64,000 nt of DNA from Gammaproteobacteria bacterium (GTDB taxonomy: Bacteria > Pseudomonadota > Gammaproteobacteria > SZUA-140). A model generated the notes under the pieces. That model worked only from the letters and a program-made list of their open reading frames with translations. It was not told the DNA's origin and ran no database searches. Every line of letters starts with the position of its first letter. Position 1 is the stretch's first letter. Below, in pieces: positions 1-9,117 of the stretch. The stretch lies in NCBI GenBank assembly GCA_026982565.1, contig JALSGV010000044.1, positions 8,506 to 72,505 on the forward strand. The letters run 5' to 3'. A program made the position numbers and the translations under genes.

Positions 1-180
1 AGTTATGGGTCAATTCGATGACGGCCGACTTGCTCTCGTCCTCATAGCCGACGAAAGCCAGGGTAAACCGGCCTTCCGTATACTCCTCCATGCGCAGCAG
101 GCGCATGGCCAGGACCTCGGTGTAGAACTTGATGGACCGTTCGAGATTCCCGACACGGATCATGGTGTGAATAATGCGCA
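1..180 (-). CDS. gloA: Lactoylglutathione lyase (glyoxalase I), 5' part only; gene runs off the window start
   Basis: Minus-strand translation from the ATG at 180-178 gives [60 protein letters not shown]. This is a near-collinear match to the E. coli GloA N-terminus ([26 protein letters not shown]...LAFVGYGPE...AVIELTYN). It is absent from the ORF track because there is no in-window stop. Confidence 0.85.
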
Positions 181-280
181 TTGCCTCTCCCTCATGTTCT
201 CGCCCCCGCCAGCCCGGTCCATGCGCCGCTTCCCGGCAAAGCGCATCACGACAGGCCGGTCTTGTTTCCGGGCGTCCCTG

Positions 281-1492
281 TTATTGTTTTAAACGTGCTG
301 CGATACGCAAGCGCAGCGCATTCAGCCTGATGAATCCGGCGGCATCCTTCTGGTTGTATTTCCCCTCATCATCTTCGAACGTGGCGACATCTGCATCGAA
401 AAGACTGTAACTCTCCGACCTCCTGCCGACCACCTGGACATTGCCCTTGTACAGTTTGAGGCGCACCTCGCCTGTTACCGTGGCCTGGGACATGTCGATC
501 ATCTCCTGCAACATCTCCCGCTCCGGGCTCCACCAGTAGCCGTTATAGATGAGACTGGCGTAACGGGGCATAAGTTCATCTTTCAGGTGGGCCACCTCCC
601 GGTCCAGGGTGATGGACTCCAGGGCGCGGTGGGCCTTGAGCATGATGGTGCCGCCGGGCGTCTCGTAACAGCCGCGGGATTTCATGCCCACATATCGGTT
701 TTCCACGATGTCCAGGCGGCCGATGCCGTTCTGCCCCCCCAGATGGTTCAAGGTCGCCAACACCTTGGCGGGACTCATGGCCTCGCCGTTGATGGCGGTG
801 ATATCCCCCTTCTCATAGGTCAGCTCGACATACACCGGCTGATCCGGCGCCTGCTCCGGGGCCACCGACCAGCGCCACATGTCCTGCTCCGGCTCGCACC
901 AGGGATCCTCCAGGCACCCACCCTCATAGGAAATGTGCAGCAGGTTGGCGTCCATGGAGTATGGGGACTTCCTGCCGCGTTTCTTCTCGATGGGTATGCC
1001 GTGCCGCTCGGCATAGGCCAGCAGTTTCTCCCGCGAATTGAGATCCCACTCCCGCCAGGGCGCGATGACATGAATATCGGGCTTGAGGGCATAGGCGCCC
1101 AGCTCGAAACGCACCTGATCGTTGCCCTTGCCGGTGGCGCCGTGGGAAATGGCGTCGGCGCCCGTCTCGCTGGCGATCTCCACCAGGCGCTTGGCGATGA
1201 GGGGACGCGCAATGGAAGTACCCAGCAGGTACTCGCCTTCATAGACCGTGTTGGCGCGGAACATGGGAAACACATAGTCGCGCACGAAATCCTCGCAGAG
1301 ATCCTCGATGTAGATTTCCTTCACCCCCAGGGCCTCGGCCTTGGCGCGCGCCGGCGCCACCTCCTCGCCCTGCCCGATATCCGCGGTGAAGGTCACCACC
1401 TCGCAACCATAGGTTTCCTGCAGCCAGCGCAGAATCACCGCTGTATCCAGGCCGCCGGAATAGGCGAGCACGACTTTCTTGATGTCTGACAT
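281..1492 (-). CDS. argG: Argininosuccinate synthase
   Basis: 403 aa. N-terminal PP-loop [15 protein letters not shown], and a full-length ArgG-like sequence ([32 protein letters not shown]). Confidence 0.95.
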   Translation of the reverse strand: MSDIKKVVLAYSGGLDTAVILRWLQETYGCEVVTFTADIGQGEEVAPARAKAEALGVKEIYIEDLCEDFVRDYVFPMFRANTVYEGEYLLGTSIARPLIAKRLVEIASETGADAISHGATGKGNDQVRFELGAYALKPDIHVIAPWREWDLNSREKLLAYAERHGIPIEKKRGRKSPYSMDANLLHISYEGGCLEDPWCEPEQDMWRWSVAPEQAPDQPVYVELTYEKGDITAINGEAMSPAKVLATLNHLGGQNGIGRLDIVENRYVGMKSRGCYETPGGTIMLKAHRALESITLDREVAHLKDELMPRYASLIYNGYWWSPEREMLQEMIDMSQATVTGEVRLKLYKGNVQVVGRRSESYSLFDADVATFEDDEGKYNQKDAAGFIRLNALRLRIAARLKQ

Positions 1493-1550
1493 AGTCCGTA
1501 ATGTTGATGGTTGATATCTGTTATTCCCTCACCCCAACTCCTCTACCTCG

Positions 1551-1604
1551 GAGGGTGTCGTAAAAGCCCCTCTCCCGCCGGGAGAGGGGCTTTTACGACA
1601 CCCT
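1551..1604. repeat. REP-like long palindrome (copy 1 of a 4-member family): GAGGGTGTCGTAAAAGCCCCTCTCCC-GCC-GGGAGAGGGGCTTTTACGACACCCTC; likely also a bidirectional terminator
   Basis: Near-perfect 26-bp inverted repeat, intergenic between the argG start and the E2-E3 gene stop. Related copies lie at 11811-11875, 31583-31655 (inverted) and 58209-58236, and share the CCCTCACCCC / GGAGGGTGTCG(C/T)AAAAG / CTCCC(G/T)CCGGAGGGAG cores. Confidence 0.7.
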
Positions 1605-1683
1605 CCATGGGGAGTGGGAAACGAAAGGGACAGCCCCGATCCCAATCTTCTATCTTTCCTCTTTCCTCTTTTATCTTTAAAGT

Positions 1684-4600
1684 TTATCTTTTCCCCGCCT
1701 TCTTCGCCGACCGCATCAGACGCGACAACAAACGCCGCGCCATCTCGCCAAACATCTCGGTCTGGGTGGGATGGGGATGAATGGCCGCGGCGACCTGGTC
1801 CAGCGTCATCCTGCCGGCGACCATCATCACGGCCTCGCCGATGAGGGTATCCGCATGGTCCGCCAGGAAATGCACGCCGACGATGCGCCGCGTCTTCTTG
1901 TCGGCCACGATCTTGATCATGCCCAGGGTCTCGCCCGTGATCATGGCCTTGGCGTCGATGCTGAAGGGCATCTTGACCTCCACCGCATCCATGCCCTTTT
2001 CTCTGGCCTGCGCCACGGACAGGCCGACGAAGGCGGCCTGGGGCCGGGTGAAGATCACGCCGCAGTCCTGATCCTGGTCATAGGCCGCCGGCTCGCCGGC
2101 GATGGTGGACGCGGCCACGCGCCCTTGTTGTCCCGCCGTATGGGCCAGCATCAGGCCGCCGATGACATCGCCGACCGCGAAGATGTGAGGAACACTGGTG
2201 CGGCAACTGGCGTCGGCCTTGATGACGCCCCGCTCGATGGCCACGCCGGCCTTGTCCAGTTTGAGGGGCTCCAGCACAGGGCGCTTGCCCGTGGCCATGA
2301 TGACGTAGTCGCACTCAGTCTTGTGGGACTGGCCACCGGCGTCCTCGAACTCAACCGTCATGGCCCCCGGCGCGCCGGCGATGGCGCCGATCTTGACGGC
2401 GGTCTTGATGTCGAGGCGCGGTTCGTCATTGAGAATGGCGGTCAACTGGCCGGCAATCTCCGTCTCCACTTCCGCCAGGATGCGCTCCTGGGCCTCCAGC
2501 AAGGTCACCTCGGCACCGAAATCCTGGAAGATCTGCGCCATCTCCAGGCCGATGGCGCCACCACCGATGACCACCATGCTCCTGGGCACCTCGGTCAAAC
2601 CCCATACCGTATCCGATGTCAGGACCCCGCCCTGAGCCACACCCTCGGCGGCGCCGGGAATGGGCGGCACGTAGGGCGGCGCGCCGGTGGCGATGACGGC
2701 GCAGCCGAAAGTGATGCGTTCACCCTGGCTGCCATCCCCCAGGGGGGCGCGCGCGTGGGGGTCGGTGGTATTGGCCGAGGTATCCACGAACAACTGGTGA
2801 TCCGACTCGAAAGAGGCAAATCCCTGGATGACCTTGATCTTGACCCCCTTGTCGGTCTTGAGGGCCATGTCGCCACGGGTCTCCAGCACCTCGCGGCGCG
2901 TCTTCTCCAGCAGGGACCAGTCCAGCTTCGCGCCGGTGGTGCCCACCACGCCCAGATGGGCGTCATGGGCGCGGTCGCGGATGCGGTCCGCCGCGGCGCG
3001 CCAGGCCTTGGAGGGAATGCAGCCGCGCCACAGGCACTCGCCGCCCGGATAGGGCGCGTCGTTGATCATGGCCACCTTGATGCCATGGGCGGCCAGATCG
3101 CGGGCGCAGTCCTCGCCGCCCGGACCGCCGCCGATGACGACCACGTCATAATCCCATTCCCCTTCCGGGATGGCGGGGCCGGGCGCGCCCATCCAGGTCT
3201 CCGGGTGTTCGATTGCCTGCTTGAGCGCCTTGAGATACAAAGCCACCTGGGCGCCGTTCACCACGCGGTGATCGGCGGTGACGGTGAGGGGCATGCCCTC
3301 CTTGCCGGCGGCGGAAATGGCCAGAATGGCCGCCGTGCCGGGCGTCGGGATGGCATCGAAATGGTCGACGCCCAGCATACCCATATTGGAAACCATAAAG
3401 GTAGGATTGGAGAATTCCTCGGGCTTGAGGCGGCGGTTGCGCGCCTTCGCCACCAGATCCTTCCAGTCCTGGTTCAGTTCTTCCAGGGGGCGCGATTCAC
3501 AATGGCGCAGCACCGGCACCACCAGGCCGCCGTCATCGGCCGCCACCGCCATGCCCACATCCACGTTGCCGCGCTCCACCAGCTTGTCCACGGGCTGATA
3601 GGCCCAGTTCATGCGTGGCTGTTCCTGCATGGCCAGGGCGCAGGCCTTGGCGATGGCCACCGTCACCGATACCCCGTTCTTCTTGGCCGCGCGGATCAGG
3701 GCGTCGGGATGGGCGTTGACCGTGACCCGGAAGGTGGGCATGGTCAGTGAGGCCGTCATGTTCTGGCTGATGGCGCGCTCCAGGGAAGTCATCTTGCGGC
3801 CCTCGCCCGGCACCTGAATCTCGGGCATGGCGGGCGCGGCAGCCGCGGCCACGGGGGCCGGCGCGCCGTGTTGCCTCCCTTGTCGCGCGGCGGCGCGTTG
3901 CACATCGCTGCCCGTGATGACGCCGCCGGGCCCGCTGCCGCTCAGGGCGGCCAGGTCCACGCCATACTCCGCCGCCAGTTGGCGAGCGTAGGGCGTCGCC
4001 TGCTTTCCCGCGGGGCGCGGCGCCGGCGCCAGGCCCGGCATGCGGGCGGGGACTGGTGACTCCGCCTCCGCCGCAGGGGCGTCAGGCTGCGCCGCGGCTT
4101 CCTTGGGGGCGGCAGCCGCGGGAGAGGCCGCTTCGTCGCGCACCACCTGCGCGGCGGCCTCCACCAGGTAGGCCATGGGGGCGCCCACGGGCACCACACT
4201 GTCCACAGGGGTGATGGGACCGGACAGATAGCCCTCGCGGAACACCTCCACGTCCATAATGGCCTTGTCCGTCTCCACGGTGGCGACGATGTCGCCGCGC
4301 TCGATCCTGTCCCCGATATTCTTTTCCCAACTGACGACGATGCCTTCCGTCATGGTGTCGGAGAGCTGGGGCATCTTGATGGTATGCACCACCCCCTCCG
4401 GGGCCGCGGCGGCGCCGGAGGGCGCCGTGGATTCGGAAACCGCCGCCTCGGCTTCCGCCGCCGTGGCATCTTCCTGAGCAGAATCAGCCTGAACCGGCGC
4501 GCGCTCTGTTGCAAGCGCTTCTGTCGATACTTCTTCAGGGGTTTCCACCAGAAAGGCGATGGGCTCGCCCACCGGCACGGTGGCATCGACCTCGACGCGC

Positions 4601-4791
4601 GGCCCGGACAGATAGCCCTCGCGGAACACCTCCACGTCCATGATGGCCTTGTCCGTCTCCACGGTGGCGACGATATCGCCGCGCTCGATCCTGTCCCCGA
4701 TGTTCTTTTCCCAACTGACCAGCACACCTTCCGTCATGGTATCGGAAAGCTGGGGCATCTTGATGGCGTATCTTTCAGACATGTCACTCAC
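1684..4791 (-). CDS. Fused dihydrolipoamide acyltransferase (E2) - dihydrolipoamide dehydrogenase (E3): two lipoyl domains, E3-binding domain, E2 catalytic domain, then a full FAD/NAD E3
   Basis: Single 1035-aa ORF. Lipoyl motif appears twice (ATVETDKAIMDVE). PSBD-like region (PYARQLAAEYGVDLAALSGSGPGGVITGSDV). E2 catalytic domain with DHRVVNG. The E3 follows immediately: GXGXXG FAD site (DVVVIGGGPGGEDCA), redox disulfide (GGECLWRGCIPSK), NAD site (MVVIGGGAIGLEMAQ) and C-terminal HPHPTQTEMFGE. Confidence 0.85.
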   Translation of the reverse strand: MSDMSERYAIKMPQLSDTMTEGVLVSWEKNIGDRIERGDIVATVETDKAIMDVEVFREGYLSGPRVEVDATVPVGEPIAFLVETPEEVSTEALATERAPVQADSAQEDATAAEAEAAVSESTAPSGAAAAPEGVVHTIKMPQLSDTMTEGIVVSWEKNIGDRIERGDIVATVETDKAIMDVEVFREGYLSGPITPVDSVVPVGAPMAYLVEAAAQVVRDEAASPAAAAPKEAAAQPDAPAAEAESPVPARMPGLAPAPRPAGKQATPYARQLAAEYGVDLAALSGSGPGGVITGSDVQRAAARQGRQHGAPAPVAAAAAPAMPEIQVPGEGRKMTSLERAISQNMTASLTMPTFRVTVNAHPDALIRAAKKNGVSVTVAIAKACALAMQEQPRMNWAYQPVDKLVERGNVDVGMAVAADDGGLVVPVLRHCESRPLEELNQDWKDLVAKARNRRLKPEEFSNPTFMVSNMGMLGVDHFDAIPTPGTAAILAISAAGKEGMPLTVTADHRVVNGAQVALYLKALKQAIEHPETWMGAPGPAIPEGEWDYDVVVIGGGPGGEDCARDLAAHGIKVAMINDAPYPGGECLWRGCIPSKAWRAAADRIRDRAHDAHLGVVGTTGAKLDWSLLEKTRREVLETRGDMALKTDKGVKIKVIQGFASFESDHQLFVDTSANTTDPHARAPLGDGSQGERITFGCAVIATGAPPYVPPIPGAAEGVAQGGVLTSDTVWGLTEVPRSMVVIGGGAIGLEMAQIFQDFGAEVTLLEAQERILAEVETEIAGQLTAILNDEPRLDIKTAVKIGAIAGAPGAMTVEFEDAGGQSHKTECDYVIMATGKRPVLEPLKLDKAGVAIERGVIKADASCRTSVPHIFAVGDVIGGLMLAHTAGQQGRVAASTIAGEPAAYDQDQDCGVIFTRPQAAFVGLSVAQAREKGMDAVEVKMPFSIDAKAMITGETLGMIKIVADKKTRRIVGVHFLADHADTLIGEAVMMVAGRMTLDQVAAAIHPHPTQTEMFGEMARRLLSRLMRSAKKAGKR

Positions 4792-4887
4792 TCAGGAATT
4801 TTGGTACCGCAGAGGATACCCGGATTTGCAGAAAATACAATCCCTTCCCGCATCTCCAGGGATGGGGGAAGGGGTATGGAGCAGGTG

Positions 4888-5874
4888 TCAGTGTTTGCCG
4901 GGAAACAGGGACAGGGCCGCCGCGATGACATCCTTGGCGGAGGGTATGGCCGCCTTTTCCAGCTTGTGATTGTAGGGGATGGGCACATTGGCGGCGGAGA
5001 CGCGCACCGGCGGCGCATCCAGCTCGAAAAAGCATTCCTCGTTGAAGATGGCCATCACCTCGGCGCCCACCCCGACGGGGGCCTCGGCCTCCTCGGCGAT
5101 GATGGCCTTGTGGGTGCGGGCGACGGAGGCCTTGATGCCCTCGCGGTCCAGAGGGCTGAGCGCATAGAGATCCACCACCTCGGCCTCGATGCCGTGCTCC
5201 CTGGACAGCACTTCGGCGGCCTGCAGGCACCAGTGTACGGAGATGTTGTAGCCGAACAGGGTGATGTCACGTCCCTGTCTGACCACCTCGGAGCCTTCCA
5301 GGGGATGGAAGAATTCCTCGTCGGGCACCTCGCCCTTCATGTTGTACATGAGTTCGTGCTCGTTGATGAACACGGGATCGGCGCAGCGCACCGCCGATTT
5401 CAGCAGGCCATAGGCCTGTTTCGGGTTGGAGGGCGTCACCACGCGCAGCCCGGCGATGCCCATGAACACCTTCTCCATGCGCGCGGAGTGCTGGGCGCCC
5501 AACTGATGGGCGGTGCCGCCCGGCGAGCGGATGACGATGGGCGCCGTGAGCTGGCCGCCGGACATGTAACGCACCTTGGCGGCGGTGTTGACGATCTGGT
5601 CCGTGGCCAGCCAGGCGAAGTTCACCGACATGATCTCGATGATGGGCTTGACGCCCACGAAAGAGGCGCCGATGCCCAGGCCGGTGTAGCCGTTCTCGCT
5701 GATGGGCGTGTCGATGACCCGCTCCGCGCCGTACTTGTCGTACAGCCCCTGCGTGGCCTTGTAAGTGCCACCGGCCACGCCGATGTCCTCGCCCATGACA
5801 ATGACCAGGGGGTCATTGCCCAATTCCTCATCGTGGGCGCGGCGCAGCGCCTCCCAATACATCATCTGTGACAT
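4888..5874 (-). CDS. pdhB: Pyruvate/2-oxoacid dehydrogenase E1 component beta subunit (transketolase-like)
   Basis: 328 aa. Typical E1-beta N-terminus (YWEALRRAHDEELGNDPLVIVMGEDIG...YGAERVIDTPISENG). The start overlaps the pdhA stop by 1 nt, suggesting translational coupling. Confidence 0.9.
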   Translation of the reverse strand: MSQMMYWEALRRAHDEELGNDPLVIVMGEDIGVAGGTYKATQGLYDKYGAERVIDTPISENGYTGLGIGASFVGVKPIIEIMSVNFAWLATDQIVNTAAKVRYMSGGQLTAPIVIRSPGGTAHQLGAQHSARMEKVFMGIAGLRVVTPSNPKQAYGLLKSAVRCADPVFINEHELMYNMKGEVPDEEFFHPLEGSEVVRQGRDITLFGYNISVHWCLQAAEVLSREHGIEAEVVDLYALSPLDREGIKASVARTHKAIIAEEAEAPVGVGAEVMAIFNEECFFELDAPPVRVSAANVPIPYNHKLEKAAIPSAKDVIAAALSLFPGKH

Positions 5875-6923
5875 TAGTTGACTCCACCGTGTACATAGGG
5901 ATCGTTTTCGGCCAGCACATACTTCTCCAGATCCTCCACCCTGGGCTCCGGGGACTGCTCGGCGAAACCGATCACTTCATTTTCAATCTCTTCGATAATG
6001 GCCTTGTCCATTTCCTTGAACTCGCTCAGGGTCAGATCCCGGGAGTCGATGAGGCGGTTGCGCAGGATGTGGATGGGATCGCGCTTGAGCCACTTGCTCT
6101 CTTCGTCCTTGGAACGGTAGGCGTTGGAATCGGACATGGAATGGCCGCGGTAGCGGTAGGTCATCAATTCCAAAAAATAAGGCCCGTTGCCGGACCTTAC
6201 GTGTTCGATCGCCTTTTTGGCCGCCGCATACACCACCTCCACGTCCTGACCGTCCACCTGGACGGCGGGAATATCGTAGGCGGCGGCGCGCTTGTACTGA
6301 TCCTGAACCGCCGTGGAGCGGTCGATGCGGGTGCCGATGCCGTAGAGATTGTTTTCACACACATAGAGCACGGGCAGATCCCAGATCTTGGCCATGTTCA
6401 GGGACTCGTGAAAGGTGCCCTGGTTGTTGGCGGCATCGCCCAGAAAACAAATGGAGATCTCGTCCCCGCCCTTCATCTTGAGGCCCTTGGCGATGCCCAC
6501 CGCCAGCGGAAACGGGCCGCCCACCAGGGCATAACCGCCCATGAAACGGTGCGCCACGTCGAAGATGTGCATGGAACCGCCACGGCCCTTGCAGGTGCCG
6601 CCCTCCTTGCCGAACAACTCCGCCATGACCGCGCGCGGATCGGATCCGCACTTGATGGCGTGGATATGGTCGCGGTAGCTGGTCATGACATAGTCATGGC
6701 CGATGCGCGCGGCTTCGAGCACGCCATGGGCGCACGCCTCCTCGCCGGAATAGAGATGCAGGAACCCGCCGATCTTGCGCTCCACGTAGGCCTCGTAACA
6801 TCTTTCCTCAAAACGCCGGGCGTAGAGCATTTCGCGCAGCAGCCGCTTTTTGTCCGTCACGCTGAGCAGTTCACTGTCGTTCTCCGCCACACCCTGTTGT
6901 GCAAAACCTGGCATTACTTTCAT
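5874..6923 (-). CDS. pdhA: Pyruvate/2-oxoacid dehydrogenase E1 component alpha subunit (TPP-dependent)
   Basis: E1-alpha signatures (YRFEERCYEAY...GFLHLYSGEEA; YRYRGHSMSD). The start is placed at the internal MKVMPG Met (6923-6921), preceded by GAAGGATGG Shine-Dalgarno. The ORF-track start at 7028 adds a non-conserved 35-aa extension. Confidence 0.85.
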   Translation of the reverse strand: MKVMPGFAQQGVAENDSELLSVTDKKRLLREMLYARRFEERCYEAYVERKIGGFLHLYSGEEACAHGVLEAARIGHDYVMTSYRDHIHAIKCGSDPRAVMAELFGKEGGTCKGRGGSMHIFDVAHRFMGGYALVGGPFPLAVGIAKGLKMKGGDEISICFLGDAANNQGTFHESLNMAKIWDLPVLYVCENNLYGIGTRIDRSTAVQDQYKRAAAYDIPAVQVDGQDVEVVYAAAKKAIEHVRSGNGPYFLELMTYRYRGHSMSDSNAYRSKDEESKWLKRDPIHILRNRLIDSRDLTLSEFKEMDKAIIEEIENEVIGFAEQSPEPRVEDLEKYVLAENDPYVHGGVN

Positions 6924-7113
6924 AAGCCATCCTTCTGTTATTTCGTGTATGAAAAATCTGTCGATTTGGTTACGATGAACGGCCTGGCCACCCCCGGTTT
7001 CGTTATATTTTTGCGGTATGGCCGGCAAAAACCCATCATCTTTGGCCCGCTATCATCAGCTTTTTTGGCTACCAGGTCAAGAATATACCACACAATAAGA
7101 AAGGTTATTAGAC

Positions 7114-8598
7114 GTGAAAATCCATTTGAAACACCGCGCGGACCTGCCCACGCAGGCGGAACTCGACAAGATCAGCAACCTCATCATTTTGCTGCCGGAA
7201 CGGGACACATCTGCGCCCTGGCCCGCCTTTCCATTCATGAAAATTATTAGAAACAGGCTTAAAATCACTGATTCAAAAATAAATTCCAAATCGGCGATAA
7301 CGACCGACTTGCCCAACGAGGCAGGCACGCGGACCACCCTGAGCACCCTCAGGGCCGAACTCACCACCCATGAACTGCTGCGCCTGGCGCGCAAGCACGC
7401 CGATGTCCATCTGGCGCAGAATCCCCGCGACGTCACCCTCATCATGCCGGGCATCCGCCAGCGGGCGCTGCGTCACCGCGCGGCCGAGGCCATGCTCGCC
7501 GCACTCCTCGCCGGAGCCGCCGCCATGCCCACCTGCAAGAGCGCCAAGCCCGGCAAAAAGCGCCTGCGCGCCGTCACCTGCCACGGCCTCGGCGATTCAT
7601 TCGACTACCGGCGCATCCAGGCCGAGTGCGCGGGCAACTCCCTGGCGCGGGAGCTGACGGCCCTGCCTCCGAACCTGCTGACGCCCCGCCTCTACCGCCA
7701 GCGCATCCGGCAACTGGCGCGCCAGCAGGGCTGGACAATGCGCTTCCTGAACCACAAGGCCCTGGAGAAGGAAAACGCCGGCGCCTTCCTGGCCGTGGCC
7801 CAGGGCAGCCCGGACAAGGACGCCGGCATGGTGCGCCTCAGCTATATTCCCGCGCGCGGCAAAAGCAGAAAGCCCCTCACCCTCGTCGGCAAGGGCATCT
7901 GCTACGACACGGGCGGCGTCAACCTGAAACCCGCCCGCCACATGCACGGCATGCACGAGGACATGCAGGGCAGCGCCGTGGCCCTGGGCGCCCTCCTCGC
8001 CCTGAGCCAGCTCAAGGTCCCGTTTCCCGTGCACTGCTGGCTCGCCCTGGCGCAGAACCACATCGGTCCCAGGGCCTACAAACAGAACGACGTCGTCACC
8101 GCCAGCAACGGCACCACCATCGAAGTGATGCACACGGACGCCGAAGGGCGCATGGTGCTGGCCGACACCCTGGCCCTGGCGGCCCGTGACAAGCCCGCCC
8201 TGATGATCGACTACGCCACCCTGACGGGGTCCTGCGTCTACGCCCTCGGCACCCGCTACAGCGGCGCCTTCACCAACCGGGACAGCTATATTCCAACCCT
8301 CATCGCGGCGGGAAAGCACAGTGGCGAACGGGTGTGGCCTTTCCCCCTCGACGAAGATTACGAAGAAGCCCTGGAGAGCAAAATCGCCGACATCAAACAA
8401 TGCACCCTGGATGGCGAGGCGGATCACATCATCGCCGCGCGCTTTCTGCAGCGCTTCGCGGGCAAGGGCCCCTGGATCCACATCGATCTGGCCGCAGGCA
8501 ATCACAAAGGGGGGCTGGGTCACATTCCCACGGACTACACGGGCTTCGGGGTGCGATTCACACTCAATCTGCTCCTCGACCAAAAGATCATGGAATGA
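7114..8598 (+). CDS. M17-family (leucyl/cytosol) aminopeptidase-like protein
   Basis: 494 aa. C-terminal M17 catalytic domain (LVGKGICYDTGGVNLKP...HTDAEGRMVLADTLA..., compare the NTDAEGRL signature). Divergent from the pdh operon. Confidence 0.75.
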   Translation: MKIHLKHRADLPTQAELDKISNLIILLPERDTSAPWPAFPFMKIIRNRLKITDSKINSKSAITTDLPNEAGTRTTLSTLRAELTTHELLRLARKHADVHLAQNPRDVTLIMPGIRQRALRHRAAEAMLAALLAGAAAMPTCKSAKPGKKRLRAVTCHGLGDSFDYRRIQAECAGNSLARELTALPPNLLTPRLYRQRIRQLARQQGWTMRFLNHKALEKENAGAFLAVAQGSPDKDAGMVRLSYIPARGKSRKPLTLVGKGICYDTGGVNLKPARHMHGMHEDMQGSAVALGALLALSQLKVPFPVHCWLALAQNHIGPRAYKQNDVVTASNGTTIEVMHTDAEGRMVLADTLALAARDKPALMIDYATLTGSCVYALGTRYSGAFTNRDSYIPTLIAAGKHSGERVWPFPLDEDYEEALESKIADIKQCTLDGEADHIIAARFLQRFAGKGPWIHIDLAAGNHKGGLGHIPTDYTGFGVRFTLNLLLDQKIME

Positions 8599-8610
8599 GG
8601 CCCGGCGCCG

Positions 8611-8624
8611 TACTATAGTATAAT
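8611..8624 (+). promoter_or_regulatory. Candidate hicBA promoter -10 (TATAAT, 8619-8624) overlapped by a perfect 10-bp palindrome TACTATAGTA (8611-8620), a possible autoregulatory operator
   Basis: Seen directly in sequence. It lies 29 nt upstream of the hicB ATG. AAAGGA Shine-Dalgarno precedes the start. Confidence 0.35.
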
Positions 8625-8652
8625 GGGAAGGTAATCAGACAAAGGATTAGCC

Positions 8653-8865
8653 ATGAAAAACGAATTCACTGCGGTGATAAAGCAGGAAGCGGATTGGTGG
8701 ATAGGGTGGATTGAAGAGGTCCCAGGTGTCAATTGCCAGGAAAAAACCTATGAGGAATTGAGACAAACCTTGGAGCTTACGCTAAAAGAAGCCCTGGAAC
8801 TGAACCGGCAGGACGCTCTGACCGCCGCCGGCAGTGGCTACAAGGAAGAAAAAATCGCGCTATGA
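8653..8865 (+). CDS. hicB: HicB-family antitoxin (small UPF0150-type)
   Basis: 70 aa; FTAVIKQEADWWIGWIEEVPGVNCQEKTYEELRQTLELTLKEALEL matches the short HicB/UPF0150 pattern. Immediately followed by a HicA-like gene. Confidence 0.7.
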   Translation: MKNEFTAVIKQEADWWIGWIEEVPGVNCQEKTYEELRQTLELTLKEALELNRQDALTAAGSGYKEEKIAL

Positions 8866-8871
8866 TCTCCA

Positions 8872-9060
8872 ATGAGGAGAAGTAAACTTCTCAAGCATCT
8901 GCGCAATCACGGATGCGCGCTTTTGAGAGAAGGCGCAAAGCACTCCTGGTGGCATAACCCAGCATTGAACAAGCGCTCCGCAATTCCACGCCATTCCGAA
9001 ATAAAGGATATTCTGGCCAATAAAATTTGCAAAGACCTCGGAGTTGAAACTTTCAAATGA
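8872..9060 (+). CDS. hicA: HicA-family mRNA interferase toxin
   Basis: 62 aa; LLKHLRNHGCALLREGAKHSWWHNPALNKRSAIPRHSEIKDILANKICKDLGV matches the HicA consensus (L..L...GC...R.G..H.....P......T.PRH.EI......KI..DLG). Confidence 0.75.
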   Translation: MRRSKLLKHLRNHGCALLREGAKHSWWHNPALNKRSAIPRHSEIKDILANKICKDLGVETFK

Positions 9061-9117
9061 CGGCAAACACAGCGTTATGCACTACCGCACATCACCCGGA
9101 ATAAAGAAGGAAACCCC

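Noticed and set aside
5-292. 95-aa plus-strand ORF at the window start
   Set aside because: The opposite strand of the same region encodes a clear GloA N-terminus. The plus-strand product has no recognisable features.
1771-3750. 659-aa plus-strand ORF (and many other 60-500-aa ORFs such as 587-1489, 4384-5871, 5868-7250, 7597-8583, 9136-10248, 10082-11197, 11037-12176)
   Set aside because: All are antisense to strongly supported genes (argG, E2-E3, pdhAB, M17 peptidase, MoeA-like, pyrC, rnt). Their amino-acid compositions are Arg/Gly/Ala/His-rich with no motifs, which is typical of spurious open frames in high-GC DNA.
4888-7028. Acetoin dehydrogenase (acoABCL) instead of pyruvate dehydrogenase
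   Set aside because: This cannot be excluded. However, the E2 has two lipoyl domains, whereas AcoC typically has one, and no acoR or acoX-like genes are nearby. The generic pyruvate/2-oxoacid dehydrogenase call is kept and the symbols are tentative.
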